A stretch of DNA of 64,000 nucleotides, from NCBI RefSeq assembly GCF_006345805.1, contig NC_043009.1, forward strand, positions 35,898,001-35,962,000, written 5' to 3'. Position numbers and translations under genes: made by a program. The notes beneath the pieces were generated by a model, which did no database searches, was not told the DNA's origin, and saw nothing but the letters and a program-made list of their open reading frames with translations. Below are positions 36,400 through 51,059 of this stretch, in pieces. Position 1 is the first letter of the stretch, and each line of letters opens with the position of its first letter. Origin of the DNA: Octopus sinensis. Taxonomy: Eukaryota.

Positions 36400-37555
36400 C
36401 TGATAAGGGATGGAGACAGAAATATATAACATTAAGGATTTCCCGAGTTTCAGTGGCAGGGTTTCTCTAACAGGGTTGTTCAGTAATTTCTGGTGGGGGA
36501 TGCTTTGCTTTTGTGCTGCAATTAAGAATTCTCCAGTCTCTGTTTTGGGCCCTGAGCTTCTCAGCTATTGTTGGGAATTTGTATTGTTTATTTCTTTTGC
36601 ATTTAGTTTAACCCAGTATTAGCCATGAAGGGGCTTTTCTAGCCATCGTTTTATCATGATCCGTTGCTGTTCCAGTTTTAGTTTCGATTTCAGTTGTTTT
36701 ACAGCTTTTATTGTTTCTTCTTTATCTCCATAGTTGTTAGGTAGTATGACGTCTTTTTTTTTTGTATTTGTCAGCTTCCTTAAATACTGATAACAGTTTT
36801 TTTTGTTTTGATCGTGTTTTGTGGATGTTTGTATTAAATTTCCCGCTTCTGAAGTAGGTATTTTTGTAATCTTATGGTGGTTATTTTGTAATAGCTTTCT
36901 AGCTGTATAAGGCCTCTACCACCTATATATACCACGTCGTGATATATAACCATTCTATGCCAGATTTTGAGTGGTGCATCATAAATCCTGTCATTATTTT
37001 TCTTGTTTTCGTGTTTGTTTTGATTAGTTCATTTAGTGTCCAGTTAAGGATATGGTAGCTGTAACTTATAACTGGGACAGCTAGAGTGTTGACACTTATT
37101 ATCTTGTTTTTCGCATTGAGCTCCGTTTTCAGTATTAACCTAACTTATCTATAGTATTCTTTTTTTATTTTCTCTTTCATTTGTGTGTTGTACCGTATCT
37201 AGTTCACTGATTCCTAAGTATTTGTATGTCTGGCTTTGGTCTAAATCTCTTATTTCATTGGCTTTATCTAGTGTGATGTTGCTACTCTTCACTAGTTTTC
37301 CTCCTTTCAGGGTTGCTTTGCCGCATTTTTATAATCCAAATTTCATATCTATTTCTTTGGTAAATCCATGTACTGTCTGTAATAGTGTTTCCAGCTATTT
37401 ATCATTTGTAGCGTATAGTTTTAGGTCATCCATATATAAAAGGTGGCTGATTGTTTAGCCGTAACATTTGTATCCTCATCCAGTTCTATTTAGCATATCA
37501 GATAGAGGTATCAGTACCAAGCAGAAAAGGAGTGGAGAGAGTGTGTCTCCCTGGA
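36400..37555 (-). mobile_element. R4/Dong-like LINE RT fragment
   Basis: IFQGDTLSPLLFCL...TISHLLYMDDLKLY...YKYLG...LNAKNKIISVNTLAVPVISYS...GGRGL...KTETGEFLIAAQ. The 5' junction abuts (ATT)n at 37555. Confidence 0.85.
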
Positions 37556-37556
37556 A

Positions 37557-37591
<35 letters not shown>

Positions 37592-37593
37592 TA

Positions 37594-37643
<50 letters not shown>

Positions 37644-39254
37644 ACCATCATCATCATCATCCTATTTATTATCATTATTATTATTAAGGTGGTAAGCTTG
37701 CTTAATCGTTAGTACGCCGGATAAAATGCTTAGCAACATTTAGTTCGTCTTTACGTTCTGAGTTCAAATACCGCCGAGGTCGATTTTGCCCTTCATCATT
37801 TTGTGATCGATGAAACAAGTACTATTTAAGTAGTGAGGTCAATTTAATCGACATATGTCCTCTTCCAAAATTGCTGGCTTTGTACCAAAATTCAAAATCA
37901 TTATTATAGGCCACATTTACCTTTCAGACAGAAGACCAAAATATTCACTTGAAGCACCACAGTAATGTAATTTAAACTCGACTAAACTGCTTCAGCTTGA
38001 GTGGTAAACAGTTGACTTGGCTGAATTTCCAACTATCGAGACGTGAACTTTGTCACTGATATTGCCATTTATATACTTGATCATACTCCTTCATATTCAG
38101 CGTCAGATCCCTTCATATATTTAAACAAGGGCATACATTTACAATTAGAGGGTTTATCTTTACCATCCTTACTCTATCATAACCCTTGTGATGTAAAAAT
38201 GTTAAGAGAGGAAACCATTTCTGCTGCTACTTCTATCGATACTATGAATTGAACCTGTGACTCATTTGTTAGTATGACCACCAAAGTGAAAACTTGCTCT
38301 TACATTAATGTATCTGTACATGTATATAGTACAAGTATATAGTCAAACCACCTTTTCTGTTTTAGATTTAAATGCTTTGTTTACTGATATATCTCACTAT
38401 CTATGACAGGGAATACGAATTGTTCACCTCTGTAGTCTTTGCCCTGTACCCCTCACCCTATCCCTAAAGACCACACTTCCCTTTTTGTCGTCTCACAGCG
38501 TTTGTGTCAAACCCGAAACTCTATACACCTTGCTACAAAAATTTATGGGTCGCTATGCATAAACATAAATACAATGCACTCTTTTGTAACTCTATACACT
38601 ATTCTAAACTATAAAATATCACGTATATAATACACCACAATAAATCATACTATACTACCCAACGAAACATAATAAGCATGCAATAGACCACAATATAGCA
38701 CGCTAAAAAATCACAAGTATACGTATAATAGACAACAATACATCACAAGTATACATATAATAGGCAACAATACATCACAACACATTACACTTTATAAAAG
38801 TATGAAAATGTAATAGCTCATATGTAACATTGTTTAATATTTCTTCCGAACTGATGATTTTTTTAGAAATCTATTGGCAACAAGAACGTCAATAGCAATA
38901 TTAAAACGTTAATAATATAAATAACAATAAGTGTAATAATATAAATAATACTAAATGGAATAATATAAATAATAATAAATTTAATAATGCAAATAATAGC
39001 AGATACTTTAAGACAAAAATACCACTAACATATAGATGTGGAACAGTTGTAGTAGAAAAATACATCAAACGAAATAATTTCTATCATGCAATATTTTCAT
39101 ATAAAAGAGGTCTTCTATCCATTGAATGCCTTTAGGAGTATGAATCGTATATGCGCACATACTACACGCATACATTCATACAGGCGAGCAAACAAACACA
39201 CAGGGAGATACAAGCACACGCGCATATACACACACATATATATATATGTGCATG

Positions 39255-39318
39255 AACAATAACAAGAACAACAACAACAAAAACAAACAACAACAGCAAC
39301 AACAACAACAATAATAAT

Positions 39319-39388
<70 letters not shown>

Positions 39389-39410
39389 ATAGTAATAGTA
39401 ATAATAATAA

Positions 39411-39446
<36 letters not shown>

Positions 39447-39449
39447 TGT

Positions 39450-39495
<46 letters not shown>

Positions 39496-39520
39496 AATAA
39501 TAATAATAATAATAATAATA
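39255..39520. repeat. Compound trinucleotide array (AAC, AAT, AGT, AAT, GAT, AAT)
   Basis: Direct reading. Confidence 0.95.
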
Positions 39521-40075
39521 GTAAAGTAAATGCCCGATGCAGTATCAGGTACTAGCTCTCATAGCTTCTCATCTTAACTGATTATATTATGGGCTACAGC
39601 AAATATTTTGTTCAATACCACAGATTTGCTTGTCAGTTGCTTGACCTTTACAAGTTGAGCATGTCCCCTTGTGGCTGTCGATATGTGCATTTCTGATGAC
39701 GAGCAGAAGTAGGGGGGGAGCATCACATGCATGTGTTGAGAAGAATTCTTTGGGGTTTGGATAATTCACCTTTGGAAACCTTTTACCCCAGTGTCATTTT
39801 GATGGCATACACTGCTCTGTTACTGAGTAATGATGATGAGGATAATAATGATGGTGGTGGTGGTGGTGGTGGTGGTGGTGGTGGTGGTGGTGGTGGTGAT
39901 GGAAATATGAAGGTTATAGTCAATGAGGAGTGTAAACGTGATACCAATAGTGATTGGTACACTTGAAAATATCAGCAACTCAATAACAACATGAATGAAA
40001 AAGATTGTTGCAAGTGTGAAGATAGGGGACCTACAAAAATCAGCATTGCGTAGCAGTGGCTGCCACTGAAACACA

Positions 40076-40596
40076 ATGCTACGCAGTAAGTAGCTTGCTT
40101 ACCAACCACATGGTTCTGGGTTCAGTCCCACTGCGTGGCACCTTGGGTCAGTGTCTTCTACTATAGCCTCGAGCCGACCAAAGCCCTGTGAATGGATTTG
40201 GTAGACAGAAACTGAAAGAAGCCCGACGTTTATATGAAAAAAAAATATATATATATGTGTGTGTATGTATGTATGTTTGTATGTATGCATGTATGTATGT
40301 ACGTATGTATGTATGTATGTATGTATGTATGTATGTATGTATGTATGTATGTATATGTATGTATGTATGTATGTATGTATATATGTGTTTGTGTGTCTGT
40401 GTTTGACCCGCCAGCATCGCTCGAGAACCGATGCTGGTGTGTTTACGTCCCCGTAACGTAGCGGTTCGGCAAAAGAGACCGATAGAATAAGTACTAGACT
40501 TACAAAGAATAAGACCTGGGGTCGATTTGCTCGACTAAAGGCGGTGGTCCAGCTTGGCCACAGTCAAATGACTGAAACAAGTAAAAGAATAAAAGA
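40076..40596 (+). mobile_element. SINE family A, best-preserved copy
   Basis: Head GGTTCTGGGTTCAGTCCCACTGCGTGGCACC, internal (TATG)n, tail GACTGAAACAAGTAAAAGAATAAAAGA. A 3' part recurs at 44980-45068. Confidence 0.9.
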
Positions 40597-40600
40597 GAGT

Positions 40601-40750
40601 ATTGCTTGGAACGGCAAGAATTCTTCGCAATGTTCTTGAAGCATGACCAGTAAACTAGTGTCTCCTTAGTCTGCTGGCTGTGGACAACAGACACTTTCCA
40701 TCTTACCCAACAAAATAAGCTTTGAGATTTCATATAATAATAATGATAAT
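40601..40750 (+). mobile_element. Extreme 3' end of an R4/Dong-like LINE
   Basis: LLGTARILRNVLEA*, then about 90 nt of UTR, then TAATAATAAT. It parallels the C-terminus of the 16835 element. Confidence 0.65.
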
Positions 40751-41037
40751 TGTAATTAAAACCAGCAATTCATCATTATCGTTATTTCGGTTTTCGGCCT
40801 GCTAAAAGGTTTCTTTATAATAATATGCAGACTTATTCAATTAGTGAAAACGGGGTTTAAATGTTAAAAACCGAAAACGGTGATTATAATGTAAAATATA
40901 AAATATTTAATATATGGAGATATGAAGGTGGGTACATTTTTATAGCTGTGTGAGATAAATATAACGATAGTGATGTAATAAGGAAAATGAAAAGCTAGAG
41001 ACTTGTAAGTTTTTATTTATGTGTGTATTTGTATGAA

Positions 41038-41578
41038 TACGAGCAAAACGCCCCTCCCCGCACGTCCAATGGACGGTGCTGAATCATATCTATTGAATAA
41101 AAAGCAATCAGTGTTTTCTTTTGATTAAAAAATAATTAAGCATGCCTTTATTTCAATAAACGAAGTTAAGGCAATAAAAAAACTTCTTTAGAAACCAAAG
41201 TCTTTCCTTCCTTCATGCCAAGTTCGAAGAAAATATCTATTTTGCATCTTACTTTTTTGATCTCTTAAATATACTGCATTTTGTGGCATTATTTCAAGCC
41301 AGCCGGCTCTTTTGTGCAAACTGCACGTGCATTTTTCTCGCGTACGCGTAGTATCGATGGCAACAGCTGATGTACTTGCGCGTACAAATGCACGTTCCCA
41401 TGGCTTTATCGATCGCATTCTCACCTGGAATCGATTTTTGTAATTTTTTCAAGACTTATACACGTCTTGATATCGTCGGTATCTACATATCAAATTTGAG
41501 CGCAATCGGATGCAGGATGCCCGAGATCCGAGAAGACACAGAGAGAGAGAAACAGAACGGATTTTATATAAGCGATGT
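41038..41578 (-). mobile_element. Non-autonomous Helitron-like element (decayed)
   Basis: The minus 5' end TCGCTTATATAAAATCCG...CCGATTGCGCTCAAATTTG resembles the 59072 element. A hairpin GCACGTCC-AAT-GGACG.GTGC lies near the other end, but the CTAG terminus is degenerate. Confidence 0.45.
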
Positions 41579-41680
41579 GAATGGCTGTGAGAGTAAAGAA
41601 AAGATAAGCAATAAACAAATATCAAAACAAGAGAACAAAGGAGATGGAAAGAGATTGATACAGAAATGCTGAGAAGGAGG

Positions 41681-41714
<34 letters not shown>

Positions 41715-41825
41715 TGAATGCTGTTAAAGAAAAGGAAGGAATGAGAGACGGAAGTCGTCTAATTTGGAAGGCCAGGGTCGTGATATAGCCTTGATGCACG
41801 TGATATAGCCTTGATAGGTAGATAT

Positions 41826-41906
<81 letters not shown>

Positions 41907-41953
41907 AAGAGTCAGAGTTCAAATTTATAGAAAGCAAAAGACGTAGACAGGTG

Positions 41954-42043
41954 TATTAGCTTAACACACGAGAAGAATGGAAAAGCTTTTGCTGTTTCGA
42001 GACTATGCTCTTCGACAGAAAGGACTCATATATATATATATAT

Positions 42044-42081
<38 letters not shown>

Positions 42082-42269
42082 TACATGCATATATATTGGA
42101 AATTTCATCATATTGAATCGTTAATTCTTACACATTTATTTCTCTTTTTGTTTTGTTTTTTTTGCTTTTTTTTCGTTCTCTCCCAATTTTCCTTATCAGT
42201 CCTTTCTGTCGAAGAGCATAGTCTCGAACAGCAAAGGCTTTTCCATTCTTCTCATGTGTTAAACTAATA
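41954..42269. repeat. Inverted pair of pLTR-like units (41954-42026 and 42198-42269) with HHR-like cores
   Basis: CCTTTCTGTCGAAGAGCATAGTCTCGAA(A)CAGCAAA occurs on both strands, separated by microsatellite. Confidence 0.85.
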
Positions 42270-42396
42270 TATATATATATTATATATATATATATATATA
42301 TAATGTATGTATGTATGTAATATATATATATATGTATATGTATATATGGATGTGCATGTGTGTATACATATAGATATAGATATATACATATATATG

Positions 42397-42442
<46 letters not shown>

Positions 42443-43570
42443 TGTGTGTGTGTGTGTGCGCGCGCGCGTGTGTGCGCGCGCGTGTGTGTGTGTGTGGAGA
42501 GAGAGAGAGAGAGAAAATCAGTGATGAAGGGAAGGAGAAAGATTAAAGACTGACGAAGAATTAAGCTCCATATTTTGGAATAGAAAAAGAAAGCACCAAG
42601 TATAGAATAATTTCGGGAATCGAGTATGGGCGTATCGGAGAAGTAGGCAATGGTTGTAGTAATATTATTATTAACAGTGATAGCAATAATGTTTGGAAGA
42701 CATAAAATGGTTGAAGCAGGAGAGTTAAAGAGAAAAATTCAAGCGGCAAAACTAGCTAATCAAGCGATGTTGCACGGTGTAGGAATCTAATCGGTAAATC
42801 GATTTACCGGTGACTTTCTTGCATGGCTTCGTTTGCTTAGCTGCTCACGTTTAGCTAGATTTGCCGTTTGCATCTATACCTTTAACTATATCAATCCAAC
42901 CATTTCATGTAACCCAAATTTTATTGTTAGTATTATTGCAGCCAATAGCCGCAGAAATATAAATATTATTGAAGGAACGCGCCACCAACGTAAGCAATAT
43001 TTACTGGAATATAAATATTCCGGAAAATATTGACTACCTTTATGTTGTGATGCTACACGATTTCAGCAAATACCTATCCTTATACTGGTCTACTTTCTGC
43101 TTTTCTTTTCCAATATAACCATCTAAATTCTTTACTTTCCGAGCCTATCTAGCATATTTCTGTTCGTTCTATAGAATCGGCAAAATTCTACCAATAACTC
43201 AGCAAAACTGTGTTTTCATTTATTCACATTTATTCTAGTTTACTGTTACTTAAAGATTCTAATAACGTATAAGGCAGATTGTAATCAATTGCCCTCTTTT
43301 CTTGACACAAACTAATAATAATACAAACGACGAATTTCTTCACAATTGGACATGAAAAATTATTACTTTTCTTTAGGTTTTCCTCGTGAACAATGGTCAG
43401 TCTGAACATTTAACCTCTATTATTATTTAAATTTCTTCCATTTCCTACAGCATAATGACTTTTATCACCAACCAATATTTTAAATAATTCCATTCAGAAA
43501 CAAATCTTCCCTCGTATTTTTAATTTCATTCTTTTTGTTGACTCTACACACGTCATATGTACATGATGTG

Positions 43571-43606
<36 letters not shown>

Positions 43607-44127
43607 TTTCTAGTTGTTATTTCTATCAAAGTAAGTGCCTCTAACACCCTAGTCTTATTTAATGACAATTATAGTTTTCGCCTTTGTTGAAAACACTGCA
43701 AACTTCTGTCTATAGTAATTTTGTGTGTGTGTGCGCGCGTCTGTCTGTCTGTGCCCGTGTATGCGTACGTGTGTATGTATGCTAGATCGTATAAAATCGC
43801 TGATAATAGATGTATATAAGTGTGGCTGAAATATATCAAATTTTAACATCAAAAAAGAAACTTAATGGCAGACAGGAACGTGTTACATCCTGTAAATACT
43901 CTTCTACATATGTGTTTCAAAAATTTTATTAAATGTATTATTTCAAGGTTTATATTTGATGATAAAATACTTATTTATTTATTTATTTATTGCGAATATA
44001 TGTATATGTATGTGTGTATGCATATGTGTGTAGGTCTATATATGGATTACTGTGTATGTCTGCATATTTATGTGCAGATAATGGTATATGTATATATATA
44101 TATGTGTGTGTGTGTGTGTATGCATAC

Positions 44128-44215
44128 GTATATACAAGGGTTCGATAAAATAATGGACTCGTACAAAGTTTGAATTGTTTCCAAAGGAATTTTTATCCAT
44201 TCTTCATTGCTATTA
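44128..44215 (-). mobile_element. Tc1-like 3' end remnant
   Basis: EEWIKIPLETIQTLYES resembles a Tc1 C-terminus. A TIR-like TACAAGGGTTCGATAAAATAATGGAC is present. Confidence 0.5.
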
Positions 44216-44414
44216 TTATTGGTACATTCCTCAACTGTAGTATTTAAATTCATCTCAGCATCAACAAGCATTGCGTCAGTAATCCCTGTGCTAGTATAAA
44301 CTTCGGAGTCACAGTCTATATTGTACATATTAGATGTGTTACTACAGTTGTTTCTAATCCCTACATCTCCCTTAATATTATTCTCGTTGTAGGGGTTTAC
44401 ACCAATCCTGACAA

Positions 44415-44447
<33 letters not shown>

Positions 44448-44479
44448 CTCTTGCCGATTTTATATTCTTTCTATTTAAC

Positions 44480-44880
44480 CTGGCTATAAAGCTACCAACA
44501 CTGGACTGGAGAGGGCAGATGACTTTATGTAAGTAAGTCTCCTTTTCACTAAATTATATACCCCCTAGAAACTATAAAATCATACATACAATAGCACCTG
44601 TAACATTACAACATATAAAATCTTTTCAGTGTCAATACCTTTATCTGCCCTCACTATGTCCATCCCTATTATCCCCTCTTTTTCGGGTTACCTCTTCCTT
44701 ACTTCAAATTTGAATCTCCTGTCTCCTAAAATATAGGTTATATGTACGTTATTTACTTTATTTACAATTGACGGATATTTGTCCTCATCGTGCTTGTTGT
44801 TAACACAACGTTTCGGCTGATATTCATCAGATATCTTGGGGAAATTTCGAACCTGGGTTCTCATTCTATTTTTCTCATTC
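44480..44880 (-). mobile_element. Penelope-like remnant with truncated HHR (44802-44836)
   Basis: Minus DIVRADKG resembles the PLE IxxADKG motif. Upstream CTGATGA-ATATCAGCC-GAAACGTT has lost the 5' arm of stem II. Confidence 0.5.
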
Positions 44881-44905
44881 TTATAATAATAATTATTAAT
44901 TATTA

Positions 44906-44947
<42 letters not shown>

Positions 44948-45071
44948 GTTATAACAACAACAACAACAACAACACCAGATGAAGACTAAGTCCTGGGGTC
45001 AATTTGCGCGACTAAAGGCGGTGCTCCAGCATGGCCGCAGTCAAATGACTGAAGCAAATAAAAGAATAACA

Positions 45072-45103
<32 letters not shown>

Positions 45104-46420
45104 ATTTATAAAAATTCAAATAAAGATAATCATTATCATTATTAATGATATTAATATGGTTATAATAGTGTGGCTAGATTTGAATTTGTATACATGTTAA
45201 ATAAATAAATAAATAAATTGATAATGATTGCATTAGGTTTTGGTAAAAATTTTGAAGTTATAGAAAATGACGCGAAAAATATATTTTCCTTGCGATATTT
45301 ACCCATACTTTATAATGTGACAACATTCTTTAGGGTAATTGTATCTGAGGCCAAATTTTGTGATTATACTGAATGATATATAAGTTTTGTTTTTTTTATT
45401 TAAGCTGTATGGTTTGTAGGTTCAAATTACTATAGTAATGAGGATATTTATAATATTTCAGTGGATTAATAAATAAATTTATTAGTACCATAATATATTT
45501 GTCTTGAGTGTTAATTTTATCACTACATTCGTAGTTAAATTTAAGATATTGGCTTTATTTATGCTATCATCTTTGTATAAAATGATTATAAGTATATATA
45601 TATATATATTGAATTTAATATTAATAATGTATGAACAATTTTATAAAATGGCGTATCGTGATTAAAAACATTTCTGGTGGAAGTACGTAATTCCGGTTAT
45701 TTTTCCGTTAGCAATGAATGTATAAATATATAAACATTGATTTATATTTGTATTTTCTTCTCATAAACTAAGTGAATTTGTGTTTTTTACTCGTTATTTA
45801 CTAAGAATAATGTTTATATTAGTACACATAAATAGATTAGAATAATTCTTAAATATAATTATATATCTTTTTGAATAATTATCCGTATATGAATATTTTT
45901 TGTAGACCCAATGATATTTAGTATATGTTATCATATTGTGTACTTTCGAACTTGTATGCACATAAGAATTATAGAATAATAAAACTATTGGCTTACTCTA
46001 ATTTATTTCCTTCTGTAAAACTGAGTATTCTGATACTTTATATATTCAATTATTATTATCATTTTTATGTAAAACATAGTATAGTTTATAATAATCGTAA
46101 CTTTATACATTTGTTTTACATCCGCTTGTTTAGTAGAATCTTTTGAATTGATGAATCGTTGATTAAACGATTTTTATTTTTTTTTATAATAGTATATAGA
46201 AATTTCAAATAAAATACATTTCCCAATCCGCCATAAATTCTTAACATATTATATAGATGTTATTATGTATCAAAAATGTCCAGTGATTATTTGAGATTAA
46301 AATATATTGAGATTAATATTATTGAAGATGAAGAAGAACATTTTATGACCGTTGTAATTGTTTTTGTTGATTTGATTTATTTTCAAATTATTAACGCTCA
46401 CGCTTGTAAGCTTAGGTATA

Positions 46421-46520
46421 NNNNNNNNNNNNNNNNNNNNNNNNNNNNNNNNNNNNNNNNNNNNNNNNNNNNNNNNNNNNNNNNNNNNNNNNNNNNNNNN
46501 NNNNNNNNNNNNNNNNNNNN
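46421..46520. other. Assembly gap (100 N)
   Basis: Run of N. Confidence 1.
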
Positions 46521-46714
46521 TATATACATATATATACATATATATATACATTATATATACATATATATATACATATATATATACATATATATATATATAA
46601 TATATATATAATTATATATATATACATATATATATATACATATATATTATACATATTATATACATATATATATATACATATATATATACATATATATTAT
46701 ACATATATATATAC

Positions 46715-46772
<58 letters not shown>

Positions 46773-48212
46773 AATTACGTTTAGCTTAAAGTAACAAACA
46801 TTTTAATAGAATGTTGTTGCTATAGACGCGGCCAAACCCAAGATAATTATACACCGTCCTATTATTACAGTGATCTTTAATTCTAGAAAACTGAAACTAA
46901 AATCCGCAAGTAGGCAGCAACATTTTTAGATTGAACAGCAGCTTCAAAAATTTAATTAATTTACCAAACTATTGTCATGAGAACAAAATTTGTATAAATA
47001 TATCAAAAATATGCATTTATTCAGATAATTACTGTCTTTTGAATGAATTGTTTGATGAATTCATTCGACTAAAGTTGATATTGGTTTTCACTTATTCATA
47101 ATTTATACCAACCCCTTGGGTAATTGATTTCCCCTACTTATGCATTTATTAATCACTTATTTGTATGCATGTGCTGTTTTCCATGTTGCTTAAATTCAGG
47201 TCAGTCTTCACATATCAGAACTATCATCTTACGCGTTCTAATCATGACTGTTTGCTCTTGTTAAAAGCTCTGTTATTATCAAAGGGTTTTTATTAAGACG
47301 GAAGAGTGTGATATACGAGACATGAATCTGTTGTTTCTACCAGGTTAAATGACCATCAGAAGTCTTCTCTGCCGCTCGTGAGCTTGCATTAAGCGTGCAT
47401 AATTTCCTTTTATGTTCTTACGCTGTGAATTCTAGTCACCATGTTTCTGTGCTGATATCCTGATGTATATGAAAAGCTGTCTTGTGCTCTTTGGATTACT
47501 GTTTCCTACTAAAATGCCAATAGTTATTTTCTGGAACATAACTTCTCGAAAATTTCCTCTTGTCTGTATGTCTGTATTGCCTCTAAGCATGTGCGATTGT
47601 ATACGTCTATAAAAGATTTAAAGATGTATGAAGGTATATGTATGTATGGCTATGTAATTCTTAAGTATGTATGTTGTTATACGCGTCTATCTATATCTGT
47701 ATATACCCATAGTGTGTATGTTGGTGTGTCTACCTGTATCTGTATATTTGTTCGTATATGTATTTATACACACACACACTCATATATATATATATACGTG
47801 AATGTATGTTATATATATCCCTACATATGTATCTAGGTAAATGTGCCTATATGTTTACTAAACATTTTGCCTGTGCATATGAAAACTCGTATACTTATTT
47901 CTATTAAATTCTATTATATTCTTTGTTCATTTATTCCTTTCTCTGTGTATCTCATTTTTTCAGCGGGCAGGCAGGAGCAATACCATTGAAGGTTTTGTTG
48001 ATTATAGCAGTAATGCACTTTATCTGCTACCTGTGTTTCTTATTTTATCTCGATAGAGAGAAAATTTCTACACGGGTAAAGAAAGACGTAACCAAAGCAT
48101 AGAAAATATCTTTGTTCAATGCTGCTACATTCTTGTCGATATATATATATATATCGTGCACACATACACACACATATATATGTACATATATATATACATA
48201 CATATATGTATG

Positions 48213-48246
<34 letters not shown>

Positions 48247-51059
48247 TTTTCAGGAGTGACCTTACGCGGAAGAGATGAGAATAAGTTTGTTTTCTTTTAA
48301 TTCTGAACTAAATTTCAATTAAAAACAAGAAAATTACAGCAAAGCAGCGTGACGACCATCATATAACTTGTTCGACATTGCTCTTTTATACTTCTATTCC
48401 TTTTTATTTTGACATGCGGATTGCCTTTTCATTCTTCTCCTCCGTTTAACGAATTAAACGTGCACATTGCGTGTTCCTACTTCTTTTTCCTGTTCCTACT
48501 CAAAATAGTTTACAGATCACAACCATCTCACGAACCTGTGCTCGTGAGGAGCGCGCTGCGCTACGATGGTTGTGAAAGAAATCTGATGACGTAGGCAAAA
48601 GTAAAGATAACAAGATCGGCACGCAATTGCCAATACTAACGGGACAAAAACAAAAAATAGCCCATGGAAACGAATGACATTTAATGTAGAAAAAACGACA
48701 AAATTGACAACGAAGCTTATGAAGTTGAGGTTAGCTCTGTAAGGCAACACTGACTCATAATAGCACTAATTAACTCGAAATCTATATTCTCTCAAAAGCT
48801 ATTCCACATTTGTATCATATATCTAATATCAAAAGAAATTAAATACACTTTGAAATCAGCTGTTAAGGCTATCTATACATATATTTTATGGAAATTATAG
48901 TCAACTCTGATTTTTGTTACTACATTTCGTAACCGAGACTTAATATGTAAACAAAGAGATCGAAGATGAAAAAGTTGTAATGAGCGTATATGCCATATTT
49001 CGGCAGTTTTTGCTCTTTCGTCAGCAACTATCTAACTCCTTAATCATCCTCGAACCCTTTGCTTAAATAGCCACTAAAAACAACAGTGTGATGTTATTTT
49101 TACATATTAAAGACATTCCAGAAAGCTGGTACGTAAATACTAATGACTTGTAGGGACGCGGCATTCCGTTATGCAATCATAATATGATGTAAAGTATATG
49201 AAACGTTTTATAAGTTACTACCGTGTTCTAATGCAAACTCATTGTTTGTTTACATCTGACACTCGGATACGAAATGTCGTAACAAAAATCAGTGTTGGAT
49301 ATGATTTTTATAGAATATCTGTAAAAATAACCTTAACAAGTGATGTAAATCACACTTCTAACACGGTATTGACTTGCAAAAACTTTTTATATACTTTACA
49401 GTATATTATGTTTGAATAACGAAACTCCGCATCTCTATAAGTCATACATTTTGAAATAATTACTTTTGATCGTATTTCGCAAATAACTTCAGAATTATGA
49501 CATTCGTCTAAAAAGTTAGAGCCCTAACATATGTTTTATATGATTACTTGTTTTTGCGTCATTAAAATGAACAATTTGCTAGTATCTATTATAACAACAT
49601 ACACATTATATCTAGAAGTTTTCCGATCAACATGTTATGATAGATAATGTAATACCATTAGGGAAATAAACTAGTTTGAATAGAAATTGCGTAACAGCGA
49701 TGAAGGTTATTTAAAGTTATCACCAAGAGAAGATGGAAACAAACTAACAGAAAGGTTAGCTCCTAATTAACCTCTTATCTACTATTCTGCCGGCTGTTTA
49801 TCTGATAATTGTCTGCTTAAATAATGCAGTGTACAATTTAAATGACTTTCGGCCCTTTCATGCAGATATAACTGCCATATGGCAGTGATTTAAGAACAGT
49901 AACATTAGTAATTACAAACCTGTCCTCTAAATAAGGACACCGTTAATATCGATGTGTCTGCTGCTGTCGCTTTCCGCAGATTCAGCTCTGAATATTGCGT
50001 TCATGTTAATATTCATTAATATAGTCATAAAACTACAGATGCATACATACACAAGCTGGTGCACACCTACCTACATGCGCACATACAGTCATGTGTACAG
50101 CCTGCATTAATATACTGATTTTGTCTATATTTTATGCATGCGAACAACTAATTATTGTATATGAGGTTTCATGGAATGACCATCTGTATACACAGATATT
50201 CGCAAAATTATCTAAAACTGCATATTTCTATGAGTGGCTTTTACTTTTCAAACTCCAAAGTACTTTTCGTACATATTTTTTTTTTATATTTTCGATGGTG
50301 AGGTTTGCTATGTATATAAACACTTTCCCAAATGAAACTGCACTTCATTTTTGAAGTTTTAACGGAGCTAAAAGGTGATACACAAGCACTCAACAATGAG
50401 CGTGTTGCATCATAAAGCAGAAACAACCGCGAGCGAATAAAGTTCATTGCATAATTTCTAGTTCTCTTGCCATTTATATTATCCTCTATTAGGTTCTGTT
50501 CTCAACTAAAGCTTTTCTCTGAAGCATAAAATACATTGAGATCTAACATCGGATTCATCAATATCGCTTTGCCCAAGAAAAATATTAATAGATAAATATA
50601 TAGGAAGAAAGAGAGAAAGAAAGAGAGAGAGAGAGCAAAACAGTTTGATTCAGAATCCTTGATATCCTGAGTTTCAAGCACCTGGCTAGTCTTCGGCCAT
50701 TGGAGTCTGAATGGGAGTTCGATTAAAGAGAGCCAATGCTTCTTAATGGACATTAGCCCGCGATTGATCGAGAAACGTTGGTAAATTCAGCGACAGCAGT
50801 TATATGGAAAATACTGCATACTGTCGATATAGATCGTGTGGTTGGTGGGAGGTAGGAAGGGGCGGTAGATGTGGGGTTGTATATGTATATATGGTCATGA
50901 ATATGCTCATGTATCTGCTTTCATGTACTTATACGAGTGTGTTGGTGTACTTAGATGCACATTCACACATCCGTGCACATACACACACGCACAGACATAC
51001 GTACACATATACAGACACGTATACACAGACAGACACAGACCCACGAAGGCACACACGCA

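Noticed and set aside
42650-42790. 46-aa ORF MVVVILLLTVIAIMFGRHKMVEAGELKRK... with a transmembrane-like start
   Set aside because: An in-frame TAG lies just upstream, there is no polypyrimidine acceptor and no homology is recognised; hydrophobicity may come from ATT/GTA repeats.
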